The notes under the pieces are model-generated. The model made no database searches, was not told the DNA's origin, and worked only from the letters and a program-made list of their open reading frames with translations. Of a stretch of DNA of 64,000 bases, positions 44,977 through 61,910 are shown in pieces. This DNA comes from the human T2T-CHM13v2.0 reference genome, Homo sapiens, in assembly GCF_009914755.1 (NCBI RefSeq), contig NC_060948.1; one strand, 5' to 3'. Positions within the stretch are counted from its first letter, which is position 1. Each line of letters starts with the position of its first letter. Made by a program: the position numbers and the translations under genes.

Positions 44977-47080
44977 AGATCCATATTTTTTAAATGAAAA
45001 AAAATTTCAAAGGTACTCTGCTTGGTACAATAATCAAATGTATAAACTGAGGAATAAAACATAACCATGAAACCTACTTATAACTGCATATGGAAAATAC
45101 AGAGGATAATTTTTTAAATAACATATTTTGAAAGCCTTAACTAGTAATTTGAAGAGTTGGCATTTGAAAGGCCAGTATGAATATACCTTCAAAGCAGCAA
45201 CACAGGTTCCCCATGAGAAAAAGCAAACTCAGGGAAAATAAAACCACAAAGGTTCAATCTCTTCTGACCTTTGAAAGACACAGCACAGACAGTGGTCCTT
45301 AGGACGAAGAGCAGGAGACCCCTAATTCCGTCACCATGGCGATAGGGCATAAACACTGCTGGGTGAGGGCACAATCCACATTGTGAGGTCCAGCTGCTGC
45401 CAGGAAGACAGGAGTGCTTTTACATAGACCGAAAGGTCATTGAAGGCTCAGAGTTTTGTTTCAAGAACTGAATCCCAAGCCCACACGTTATTAGGCTGCG
45501 CTTCTTAAAACAAGTTATGAGATGGGAAAAAGGGCACCCACAAACATACGTATACATTATGTATATAATAATATACAGTATCATATATATAATATATATA
45601 ACCTATGTATAATATTGTTTTACATCCTGCATCTTATATTATATATATTGTATAAAATATAATAATTGATAATATATAAGTTTTATATTTATACAATATG
45701 ACATATAGTATAAATTATAATTTATGACATATAATATATATGTTATATATCATATATAGAATATATTATACGGTTAATATACGTATTAAATATAAATTAC
45801 ACATTATATATATTATATATAATATATCTGCTATATATAATACGCATTATGCATATTATATATATTATGTCTATGTTATATATAGTATAAAACAACATAT
45901 AATAATATATAATTGTATATATAAAATGCGACATATAATATATATTATATTTTATCACATATGTAATATATATTATATATTATATATAATACGTTGTATG
46001 TATAATACCTAAAATAAATATATATTATATGACTATGTTATTAATTACATGTCAGATGTGTTATATATTATATATTTTACATAGAATATACCGGTTACAT
46101 ACAATATATACTATGTTACCTATAATGTATAATTTATTACATGTAAAATAAAGAATGCAATATATTATGTATAATTTATAATATACAATATGTGGAATGT
46201 GATATATATAACATATAATATATGATATATGATATACAGTATATGATATATAACATACAATATATGATACCTAATATATATGGTATACAATATATATTTT
46301 ATGATATGTATTCTATATGTTTTATATTCTGTTATATATAACTATTTGAAATTATATATAACTGTATAATATTTTATGTAAATATGTAATATAATATATA
46401 TAACTATATAATATATTATATATAACTACATATTATGTTATATATACTTTTATAACATAATTTACATAAAATATCATAATATAATATATATTATATTATT
46501 TCATATTACATAATATATATTACATATCACCCAATATAAGTAACATACATAATATTATAATATAGATTATATTATGTTATATTAAATATCATATATATCA
46601 TGTATCATATAATCTATAATATATATTATACATTATATAATATGTATGTTGTCTATTATGTGATATATATAACTATATATATAATTATATTATTATACAT
46701 ATAACTAGATAAACATGTAATTCTACATATTTTCATTTATAATGTATAGAATTATATAATCATATAAATTATTTATATTCTATAAAAAATTATATCATTA
46801 TATAAATTATAATATATAAAAATTATAATATGTACTACAAATATATATATTATATATCATATATGATATAGTACCTTTGTTATATATCATAATACATATA
46901 AATGTGTATTATGTTATCTATAATTATATAATTTCATATATAAGATGTATAATATTTATTATATATTATATATGTTATGTAATATATATAGTATATATAA
47001 GATGATACAGGATAAATATTATATACTATGACATATAAAATATATGAGGTTATATGTTACATATAAGGCATAGCACATAA

Positions 47081-47395
<315 letters not shown>

Positions 47396-49498
47396 AGATC
47401 CATATTTTTTAAATGAAAAAAAATTTCAAAGGTACTCTGCTTGGTACAATAATCAAATGTATAAACTGAGGAATAAAACATAACCATGAAACCTACTTAT
47501 AACTGCATATGGAAAATACAGAGGATAATTTTTTAAATAACATATTTTGAAAGCCTTAACTAGTAATTTGAAGAGTTGGCATTTGAAAGGCCAGTATGAA
47601 TATACCTTCAAAGCAGCAACACAGGTTCCCCATGAGAAAAAGCAAACTCAGGGAAAATAAAACCACAAAGGTTCAATCTCTTCTGACCTTTGAAAGACAC
47701 AGCACAGACAGTGGTCCTTAGGACGAAGAGCAGGAGACCCCTAATTCCGTCACCATGGCGATAGGGCATAAACACTGCTGGGTGAGGGCACAATCCACAT
47801 TGTGAGGTCCAACTGCTGCCAGGAAGACAGGAGTGCTTTTACATAGACCGAAAGGTCATTGAAGGCTCAGAGTTTTGTTTCAAGAACTGAATCCCAAGCC
47901 CACACGTTATTAGGCTGCGCTTCTTAAAACAAGTTATGAGATGGGAAAAAGGGCACCCACAAACATACGTATACATTATGTATATAATAATATAGAATAT
48001 CATATATATAATATATATAACCTATGTATAATATTGTTTTACATCCTGCATCTTATATTATATATATTGTATAAAATACAATAATTGATAATATATAAGT
48101 TTTATATTTATACAATATGACATATAGTATAAATTATAATTTATGACATATAATATATATGTTATATATCATATATAGAATATATTATACGGTTAATATA
48201 CGTATTAAATATAAATTATACATTATATATATTATATATAATATATCTGCTATATATAATACGCATTATGCATATTATATATATTATGTCTATGTTATAT
48301 ATAGTATAAAACAACATATAATAATATATAATTGTATATATAAAATGCGACATATAATATATAATATATTTTATGACATATGTAATATATATTATATATT
48401 ATATATAATACGTTGTATGTATAATACCTATATTAAATATATATTATATGACTATGTTATTAATTACATGTCACATATGTTATATATTATATATTTTACA
48501 TAGAATGTACCGGTTACATACAATATATACTATGTTACCTATAATGTATAATTTATTACATGTAAAATAAAGAATGCAATATATTATGTATAATTTATAA
48601 TATACAATATGTGGAATGTGATATATATAACATATAATATATGATATATGATATACAGTATATGATATATAACATACAATATATGATACCTAACATATAT
48701 GGTATACAATATATATTTTATGATATGTATTCTCTATGTTTTATATTCTCTTATATATAACTATTTGAAATTATATATAACTGAGTAATATTTTATGTAA
48801 ATATGTAATATAATATATATAACTATATAATATATTATATATAACTATATATTATGTTATATATACTTTTATAACATAATTTACATAAAATATCATAATA
48901 TAATATATATTATATTATTTCATATTACATAATATATATTACATATCACCCAATATAAGTAACATACATAATATTATAATATAGATTATATTATGTTATA
49001 TTAAATATCATATATATCATGTATCATATATTCTATAATATATATTATACATTATATAATATGTATGTTGTCTATTATGTGATATATATAACTATATATA
49101 TAATTATTTTATTATACATATAACTAGATAAACATGTAATTCTACATATTTTCATTTATAATATATAGAATTATATAATCATATATAATTATTTATATTC
49201 TATAAAAAATTATATCATTATATAAATTATAATATATAAAAATTATAATATGTACTACAAATATATATTATATATCATATATGATATAGTACCTTTGTTA
49301 TATATCATAATACATATAAATGTGTATTATGTTATCTATAATTACATAATTTCATATATAAGATGTATAATATTTATTATATATTATATATGTTATGTAA
49401 TATATATAGTATATATAAGATGAGACAGGATAAATATTATATACTATGACATATAAAATATATGATGTTATATGTTACATATAAGGCATAGCACATAA

Positions 49499-49813
<315 letters not shown>

Positions 49814-51918
49814 AGATCCATATTTTTTAAATGAAAAAAAATTTCAAAGGTACTCTGCTTGGTACAATAATCAAATGTATAAACTGAGGAATAAAACATA
49901 ACCATGAAACCTACTTATAACTGCATATGGAAAATACAGAGGATAATTTTTTAAATAACATATTTTGAAAGCCTTAACTAGTAATTTGAAGAGTTGGCAT
50001 TTGAAAGGCCAGTATGAATATACCTTCAAAGCAGCAACACAGGTTCCCCATGAGAAAAAGCAAACTCAGGGAAAATAAAACCACAAAGGTTCAATCTCTT
50101 CTGACCTTTGAAAGACACAGCACAAACAGTGGTCCTTAGGACGAAGAGCAGGAGACCCATAATTCCGTCACCATGGCGATAGGGCATAAACACTGCTGGG
50201 TGAGGGCACAATCCACATTGTGAGGTCCAACTGCTGCCAGGAAGACAGGAGTGCTTTTACATAGACCGAAAGGTCATTGAAGGCTCAGAGTTTTGTTTCA
50301 AGAACTGAATCCCAAGCCCACACGTTATTAGGCTGCGCTTCTTAAAACAAGTTATGAGATGGGAAAAAGGGCACCCACAGACATACGTATACATTATGTG
50401 TATAATAATATACAGTAACATATATATAATATATATAACCTATGTATAATATTGTTTTACATCCTGCATCTTATACTATATATATTGTATAAAATATAAT
50501 AATTGATAATATATAAATTTTATATTTATACAATATGACATATAGTATATATTATAATTTATGACATATATAATATATGTTATATATCATATATAGAATA
50601 TATTATACGGTTAAAATACGTATTAAATATAAATTATACATTATATATATTATATATAATATATCTGTTATATATAATACCCATTATGCATAATATATAT
50701 ATTATGTCTATGTTATATATAGTATAAAACAACATATAATAATATATAATTGTATATATAAAATGCGACATATAATATATATTATATTTTATGACATATG
50801 TAATATATATTATATATTATATATAATACGTTGTATGTATAATACCTATATTAAATATATGTTATATGACTGTGTTATTAATTACATGTCACATATGTTA
50901 TATATTATATATTTTACATAGAATATACCGGTTACATACAATATATACTATGTTACGTATAATGTATAATTTATTACATGTAAAATAAAGAATGCAATAT
51001 ATTATGTGCAATTTATAATATACAATATGTGGAATGTGATATATATAACATATAATATATGATATATGATATACAGTATATGATATATAACATACAATAT
51101 ATGATACCTAATATATATGGTATACAATATATATTTTATGATATGTATTCTATATGTTTTATATTCTGTTATATATAACTATTTGAAATTATATATAACT
51201 GTATAATATTTTATGTAAATATGTAATATAATATATATAAATATATAATATATTATATATAACTATATATTATGTTATATATACTTTTATAACATAATTT
51301 ACATAAAATATCATAATATAATATATACTATATTATTTCACATTACATAATATATATTACGTATCACCCAATATAAGTAACATACCTAATATTATAATAT
51401 AGATTATATTATGTTATATTAAATATCATATATATCATGTATCATATATTCTATAATATATATTATACATTATATAATATGTATGTTGTCTATTATGTGA
51501 TATATATAACTATATATATAATTATATTATTATACATATAACTAGATAAACATGTAATTCTACATATTTTCATTTATAATATATAGAATTATATAATCAT
51601 ATATAATTATTTATATTCTATAATAAATTATATCATTATATAAATTATAATATATAAAAATTATAATATGTACTACAAATATATATATTACATATCATAT
51701 ATGATATAGTACCATTGTTATATATCATAATACATATAAATGTGTATTATGATATCTATAATTATATAATTTCATATATAAGATGTATAATATGTATTAT
51801 ATATTATATATGTTATGTAATATATATAGTATATATAAGATGACACAGGATAAATATTATATACTATGACATATAAAATATATGAGGTTATATGTTACAT
51901 ATAAGGCATAGCACATAA

Positions 51919-52233
<315 letters not shown>

Positions 52234-54338
52234 AGATCCATATTTTTTAAATGAAAAAAAATTTCAAAGGTACTCTGCTTGGTACAATAATCAAATGTAT
52301 AAACTGAGGAATAAAACATAACCATGAAACCTACTTATAACTGCATATGGAAAATACAGAGGATAATTTTTTAAATAACATATTTTGAAAGTCTTAACTA
52401 GTAATTTGAAGAGTTGGCATTTGAAAGGCCAGTATGAATATACCTTCAAAGCAGCAACACAGGTTCCCCTTGAGAAAAATCAAACTCAGGGAAAATAAAA
52501 CCACAAAGGTTCAATCTCTTTTGACCATTGAAAGACACAGCACAGACAGTGGTCCTTAGGACGAAGAGCAGGAGACCCCTAATTCCGTCACCATGGCGAT
52601 AGGGCATAAACACTGCTGGGTGAGGGCACAATCCACATTGTGAGGTCCAACTGCTGCCAGGAAGACAGGAGTGCTTTTACATAGACCGAAAGGTCATTGA
52701 AGGCTCAGAGTTTTGTTTCAAGAACTGAATCCCAAACCCACACGTTATTAGGCTGTGCTTCTTAAAACAAGTTATGAGATGGGAAAAAGGGCACCCACAA
52801 ACATACGTATACATTATGTATATAATAATATACAGTATCATATATATAATATATATAACCTATGTATAATATTGTTTTACATCCTGCATCTTATATTATA
52901 TATATTGTATAAAATATAATTATTGATAATATATAAATTTTATATTTATACATTATGACATATAGTATATATTATAATTTATGACATATATAATATATGT
53001 TATATATCATATATAGAATATATTATACGGTTAATATACGTATTAAATATAAATTATACATTATATATATTATATATAATATATCTGTTATATATAATAC
53101 CCATTATGCATAATATATATATTATGTCTATGTTATATATAGTATAAAACAACATATAATAATAAATAATTGTATATATAAAATGCGACATATAATATAT
53201 ATTATATTTTATGACATATGTAATATATATTATATATTATATATAATACGTTGTATGTATAATACCTATAATAAATATATATTATATGACTATGTTATTA
53301 ATTACATGTCACATGTGTTATATATTATATATTTTACATAGAATATACCGGTTACATACAATATATACTATGTTACCTATAATGTATATTTTATTACATG
53401 TGAAATAAAGAATGCAATATATTATGTATAATTTATAATATACAATATGTGGAATGTGATATATATAACATATAATATATGATATATGATATACAGTATA
53501 TGATATATAACATACAATATATGATACCTAATATATATGGTATACAATATATATTTTATGATATGTATTCCATATGTTTTATATTCTGTTATAAATAATT
53601 ATTTGAAATTATATATAACTGTATAATATTTTATGTAAATATGTAATATAATATATATAACTATATAATATATTATATATAACTATGTATTATGTTATAT
53701 ATACTTTTATAACATAATTTACATAAAATATCATAATATAATATATATTATATTATTTCATATTACATAATATATATTACATATCACCCAATATAAGTAA
53801 CATACATAATATTATAATATAGATTATATTATGTTATATTAAATATCATATATATCATGTATCATATTATCTATAATATATATTATACATTATATAATAT
53901 GTATGTTGTCTATTATGTGATATACATAACTATATATATAATTATATTATTATACATATAACTAGATAAACATGTAATTCTACATATTTTCATTTATAAT
54001 ATATAGAATTATATAATCATATATAATTATTTATATTCTATAAAAAATTATATCGTTATATAAATTATAATATGTAAAAATTATAATACGTACTACAAAT
54101 ATATATATTATATATCATATATGATATGGTACCTTTGTTATATATCATAATACATATAAATGTGTATTATGTTATCTATAATTATATAATTTCATATATA
54201 AGATGTATAATATTTATTATATATTATATATGTTATGTAATATATATAGTATATATAAGATGACACAGGATAAATATTATATACTATGACATATAAAATA
54301 TATGAGGTTATATGTTACATATAAGGCATAGCACATAA

Positions 54339-54653
<315 letters not shown>

Positions 54654-56780
54654 AGATCCATATTTTTTAAATGAAAAAAAATTTCAAAGGTACTCTGCTT
54701 GGTACAATAATCAAGTGTATAAACTGAGGAATAAAACATAACCATGAAACCTACTTATAACTGCATATGGAAAATACAGAGGATAATTTTTTAAATAACA
54801 TATTTTGAAAGCCTTAACTAGTAATTTGAAGAGTTGGCATTTGAAAGGCCAGTATGAATATACCTTCAAAGCAGCAACACAGGTTCCCCATGAGAAAAAG
54901 CAAACTCAGGGAAAATAAAACCACAAAGGTTCAATGTCTTCTGACCTTTGAAAGACACAGCACAGACAGTGGCCCTTAGGACGAAGAGCTGGAGACCCCT
55001 AATTCCGTCACCATGGCGATAGGGCATAAACATTGCTGGGTGAGGGCACAATCCACATTGTGAGGTCCAAGTGCTGCCAGGAAGACAGGAGTGCTTTTAC
55101 ATAGACCGAAAGGTCATTGAAGGCTCAGAGTTTTGTTTCAAGAACTGAATCCCAAGCCCACACGTTATTACGCTGCGCTTCTTAAAACAAGTTATGAGAT
55201 GGGAAAAAGGGCACCCACAAACATACGTATACATTATGTATATAATAATATACAGTATCATATATAAAATATATATAACCTATGTATAATATTGTTTTAC
55301 ATCCTGCATCTTATATTATATATATTGTTTAAAATATAATAATTGATAATATATAAGTTTATATTTATACAATATGACATATAGTATATATTTTAATTTA
55401 TGACATATATAATATATGTTATATATCATATATAGAATATATTATACGGTTAATATACGTATTAAATATAAATTATACATTATATATATTATATATAATA
55501 TATCTGTTACATATAATACCCATTATGCATAATATATATATTATGTCTATGTTATATATAGTATAAAACAACATATAATAATATATAATTGTATATATAA
55601 AATGCGACATATAATATATATTATATTTTATAACATATGTAATATATATTATATATTATATATAATACGTTGTATGTATAATACCTATATTAAATATATA
55701 TTATATGACTATGTTATTAATTACATGTCACATGTGTTATATATTATATATTTTACATAGAATATACCGGTTACATACAATATACACTATGTTACCTATA
55801 ATGTATAATTTATTACATGTAAAATAAAGAATGCAATATATTATGTATAATTTATAATATACAATATGTGGAATGTGATATATATAACATATAATATATG
55901 ATATATGATATACAGTATATGATATATAACATACAATATATGATTCCTAATATATATGGTATACAATATATATTTTATGATATGTATTCTATATGTTTTA
56001 TATTCTGTTATATATAACTATTTGAAATTATATGTAACTGTATAATATTTTATGTAAATATGTAATATAATATATATAACTATATAATATATTATATATA
56101 ACTATATATTATGTTATATATACTTTTATAACATAATTTACATAAAATATCATAACATAATATATATTATATTATTTCATATTACATAATATATATTACA
56201 TATCACCCAATATAACTAACATACATAATATTATAATATAGATTATATTATGTTATATTAAATATCATATATATCATGTATCATATATTCTATAATATAT
56301 ATTACACATTATATAATATGTATGTTGTCTATTATGTGATATATATAACTCTATATATAATTATATTTTTATACATATAACTAGATAAACATGTAATTCT
56401 ACATATTTTCATTTATAATATGTAGAATTATATAATCATATATAATTATTTATATTCTATAAAAAATTTTATCATTATATAAATTATAATATATAAAAAT
56501 TATAATATGTACTACAAATATATATATTATATATCATATATGATATAGTACCTTTGTTATATATCATAATACATATAAATGTGTATTATGTTATCTATAA
56601 TTATATAATTTCATATATAAGATGTATAATATGTATCATATATTATATATGTTATGTAATATATATAGTATATATAAGATGACACAGGATAAATATTATA
56701 TACTATGACATATAAAATATATGAGGTTATATTTTACATATAAGGCATAGCACATAACATGTAATATATATCATATATAA

Positions 56781-57072
56781 TTTTTTTTTAGACAGAATCT
56801 TGTCCTGTTGCACAGGGTGGGGTACAATGGCGCCATCTTTGCTCACTGCAACTTCTGCCTCACGGGTCCAAGCGATGGTCCTCCCTCAGCCTCCCAGGTA
56901 GCTGGGACTACACCACACTGGGACTACACCAGCTGCCACCATGCCTAGCTAATTTTTTGGATTTTTAGTAGTGACAGCGTTTCACTGTATTGGCCAGGAT
57001 GGTCTTGATCTCTTCACCTTGTGATCCCCTTGCCTTGGCCTCCAAATTTGCTGGGATTACAGGCCTGAGCCA
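56781..57072 (-). mobile_element. Diverged Alu in DYZ2 unit 9
   Basis: Same landmarks; second variant class (AACTTCTGCC, GCGATGGTC). Confidence 0.95.
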
Positions 57073-59199
57073 AGATCCATATTTTTTAAATGAAAAAAAA
57101 TTTCAAAGGTACTCTGCTTGGTACAATAATCAAATGTATAAACTGAGGAATAAAACATACCCATGAAACCTACTTATAACTGCATATGGAAAATACAGAG
57201 GATAATTTTTTAAATAACATATTTTGAAAGCCTTAACTAGTAATTTGAAGAGTTGGCATTTGAAAGGCCAGTATGAATATACCTTCAATGCAGCAACACA
57301 GGTTCCCCATGAGAAAAAACAAACACAGGGAAAATAAAAACACAAAGGTTCAATCTCTTCTGACCTTTGAAAGACACAGCACATACAGTGGTCCTTAGGA
57401 CGAAGAGCAGGAGACCCCTAATTCCGTCACCATGGCGATAGGGCATAAACATTGCTGGGTGAGGGCACAATCCACATTGTGAGGTCCAACTGCTGCCAGG
57501 AAGACAGGAGTGCTTTTACATAGACCGAAAGGTCATTGAAGGCTCAGAGTTTTGTTTCAAGAACTGAATCCCAAGCCCACACGTTATTAGGCTGCGCTTC
57601 TTAAAACAAGTTATGAGATGGGAAAAAGGGCACCCACAAACATACGTATACATTATGTATATAATAATATAGAGTGTCATATATATAATATATATAACCT
57701 ATGTATAATATTGTTTTACATCCTGCATCTTATGTTATATATATTGTATAAAATATAATAATTGATAATATATAAGTTTTATAATTATACAATATGACAT
57801 ATAGTATATATTATAATTTATGACATATATAATATATGTTATATATCATATACAGAATATATTATACGGTTAATATACGTATTAAATATAAATTATACAT
57901 TATATATATTATATATAATATATCTGTTATATATAATACCCGTTATGCATAATATATATATTATGTCTATGTTATATATAGTATAAAACAACATATAATA
58001 ATATATAATTGTATATATAAATGCGACATATAATATATATTATATTTTATAACATATGTAATATATATTATATATTATATATAATACGTTGTATGTATAA
58101 TACCTATATTAAATATATATTATATGACTATGTTATTAATTACATGTCACATGTGTTATATATTATATATTTTACATAGAATATACCGGTTACATACAAT
58201 ATATACCATGTTACCTATAATGTATAATTTATTACATGTAAAATAAAGAATGCAATATATTATGTATAATTTATAATATACAATATGTGGAATGTGATAT
58301 ATATAACATATAATATATGATATATGATATACAGTATATGATATATAACATACAATATATGATTCCTAATATATATGGTATACAATATATATTTTATGAT
58401 ATGTATTCTATATGTTTTATATTCTGTTATATATAACTATTTGAAATTATATATAACTGTATAATATTTTATGTAAATATGTAATATAATATATATAACT
58501 ATATAATATATTATATATAACTATATATTATGTTATATATACTTTTATAACATAATTTACATAAAATATCATAATATAATATATATTATATTATTTCATA
58601 TTACATAATATATATTACATATCACCCAATATAACTAACATACATAATATTATAATACAGGTTATATTATGTTATATTAAATATCATATATATCATGTAT
58701 CATATATTCTATAATATATATTACACATTATATAATATGTATGTTGTCTATTATGTGATATATATAACTCTATATATAATTATATTTTTATACATATAAC
58801 TAGATAAACATGTAATTCTACATATTTTCATTTATAATATGTAGAAGTATATAATCATATATAATTATTTATATTCTATAAAAAATTTTATCATTATATA
58901 AATTATAATATATAAAAATTATAATATGTACTACAAATATATATATTATATATCATATATGATATAGTACCTTTGTTATATATCATAATACATATAAATG
59001 TGTATTATGTTATCTATAATTATATAATTTCATATATAAGATGTATAATATGTATCATATATTATATATGTTATGTAATATATATAGTATATATAAGATG
59101 ACACAGGATAAATATTATATACTATGACATATAAAATATATGAGGTTATATGTTACATATAAGGCATAGCACATAACATGTAATATATATCATATATAA

Positions 59200-59491
59200 T
59201 TTTTTTTTAGACAGAATCTTGTCCTGTTGCACAGGGTGGGGTACAATGGCGCCATCTTTGCTCACTGCAACTTCTGCCTCACGGGTCCAAGCGATGGTCC
59301 TCCCTCAGCCTCCCAGGTAGCTGGGACTACACCACACTGGGACTACACCAGCTGCCACCATGCCTAGCTAATTTTTTGGATTTTTAGTAGTGACAGCGTT
59401 TCACTGTATTGGCCAGGATGGTCTTGATCTCTTCACCTTGTGATCCCCTTGCCTTGGCCTCCAAATTTGCTGGGATTACAGGCCTGAGCCA
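59200..59491 (-). mobile_element. Diverged Alu in DYZ2 unit 10
   Basis: Same landmarks; second variant class. Confidence 0.95.
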
Positions 59492-61618
59492 AGATCCATA
59501 TTTTTTAAATGAAAAAAAATTTCAAAGGTACTCTGCTTGGTACAATAATCAAATGTATAAACTGAGGAATAAAACATAACCATGAAACCTACTTATAACT
59601 GCATATGGAAAATACAGAGGATAATTTTTTAAATAACATATTTTGAAAGCCTTAACTAGTAATTTGAAGAGTTGGCATTTGAAAGGCCAGTATGAATATA
59701 CCTTCAAAGCAGCAACACAGGTTCCCCATGAGAAAAAGCAAACACAGGGAAAATAAAAACACAAAGGTTCAATCTCTTCTGACCTTTGAAAGACACAGCA
59801 CAGACAGTGGTCCTTAGGACGAAGAGCAGGAGACCCCTAATTCCGTCACCATGGCGATAGGGCATAAACATTGCTGGGTGAGGGCACAATCCACATTGTG
59901 AGGTCCAACTGCTGCCAGGAAGACAGGAGTGCTTTTACATAGACCGAAAGGTCATTGAAGGCTCAGAGTTTTGTTTCAAGAACTGAATCCCAAGCCCACA
60001 CGTTATTAGGCTGCGCTTCTTAAAACAAGTTATGAGATGGGAAAAAGGGCACCCACAAACATACGTATACATTATGTATATAATAATATAGAGTGTCATA
60101 TATATAATATATATAACCTATGTATAATATTGTTTTACATCCTGCATCTTATGTTATATATATTGTATAAAATATAATAATTGATAATATATAAGTTTTA
60201 TAATTATACAATATGACATATAGTATATATTATAATTTATGACATATATAATATATGTTATATATCATATACAGAATATATTATACGGTTAATATACGTA
60301 TTAAATATAAATTATACATTATATATATTATATATAATATATCTGTTATATATAATACCCGTTATGCATAATATATATATTATGTCTATGTTATATATAG
60401 TATAAAACAACATATAATAATATATAATTGTATATATAAATGCGACATATAATATATATTATATTTTATAACATATGTAATATATATTATATATTATATA
60501 TAATACGTTGTATGTATAATACCTATATTAAATATATATTATATGACTATGTTATTAATTACATGTCACATGTGTTATATATTATATATTTTACATAGAA
60601 TATACCGGTTACATACAATATATACCATGTTACCTATAATGTATAATTTATTACATGTAAAATAAAGAATGCAATATATTATGTATAATTTATAATATAC
60701 AATATGTGGAATGTGATATATATAACATATAATATATGATATATGATATACAGTATATGATATATAACATACAATATATGATTCCTAATATATATGGTAT
60801 ACAATATATATTTTATGATATGTATTCTATATGTTTTATATTCTGTTATATATAACTATTTGAAATTATATATAACTGTATAATATTTTATGTAAATATG
60901 TAATATAATATATATAACTATATAATATATTATATATAACTATATATTATGTTATATATACTTTTATAACATAATTTACATAAAATATCATAATATAATA
61001 TATATTATATTATTTCATATTACATAATATATATTACATATCACCCAATATAACTAACATACATAATATTATAATGCAGATTATATTATGTTATATTAAA
61101 TATCATGTATATCATGTATCATATATTCTATAATATATATTACACATTATATAATATGTATGTTGTCTATTATGTGATATATATAACTCTATATATAATT
61201 ATATTTTTATACATATAACTAGATAAACATGTAATTCTACATATTTTCATTTACAATATGTAGAAGTATATAATCATATATAATTATTTATATTCTATAA
61301 AAAATTTTATCATTATATAAATTATAATATATAAAAATTATAATATGTACTACAAATATATATATTATATATCATATATGATATAGTACCTTTGTTATAT
61401 ATCATAATACATATAAATGTGTATTATGTTATCTATAATTATATAATTTCATATATAAGATGTATAATATGTATCATATATTATATATGTTATGTAATAT
61501 ATATAGTATATATAAGATGACACAGGATAAATATTATATACTATGACATATAAAATATATGAGGTTATATGTTACATATAAGGCATAGCACATAACATGT
61601 AATATATATCATATATAA

Positions 61619-61910
61619 TTTTTTTTTAGACAGAATCTTGTCCTGTTGCACAGGGTGGGGTACAATGGCGCCATCTTTGCTCACTGCAACTTCTGCCTCA
61701 CGGGTCCAAGCGATGGTCCTCCCTCAGCCTCCCAGGTAGCTGGGACTACACCACACTGGGACTACACCAGCTGCCACCATGCCTAGCTAATTTTTTGGAT
61801 TTTTAGTAGTGACAGAGTTTCACTGTATTGGCCAGGATGGTCTTGATCTCTTCACCTTGTGATCCCCTTGCCTTGGCCTCCAAATTTGCTGGGATTACAG
61901 GCCTGAGCCA
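61619..61910 (-). mobile_element. Diverged Alu in DYZ2 unit 11
   Basis: Same landmarks; second variant class. Confidence 0.95.
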
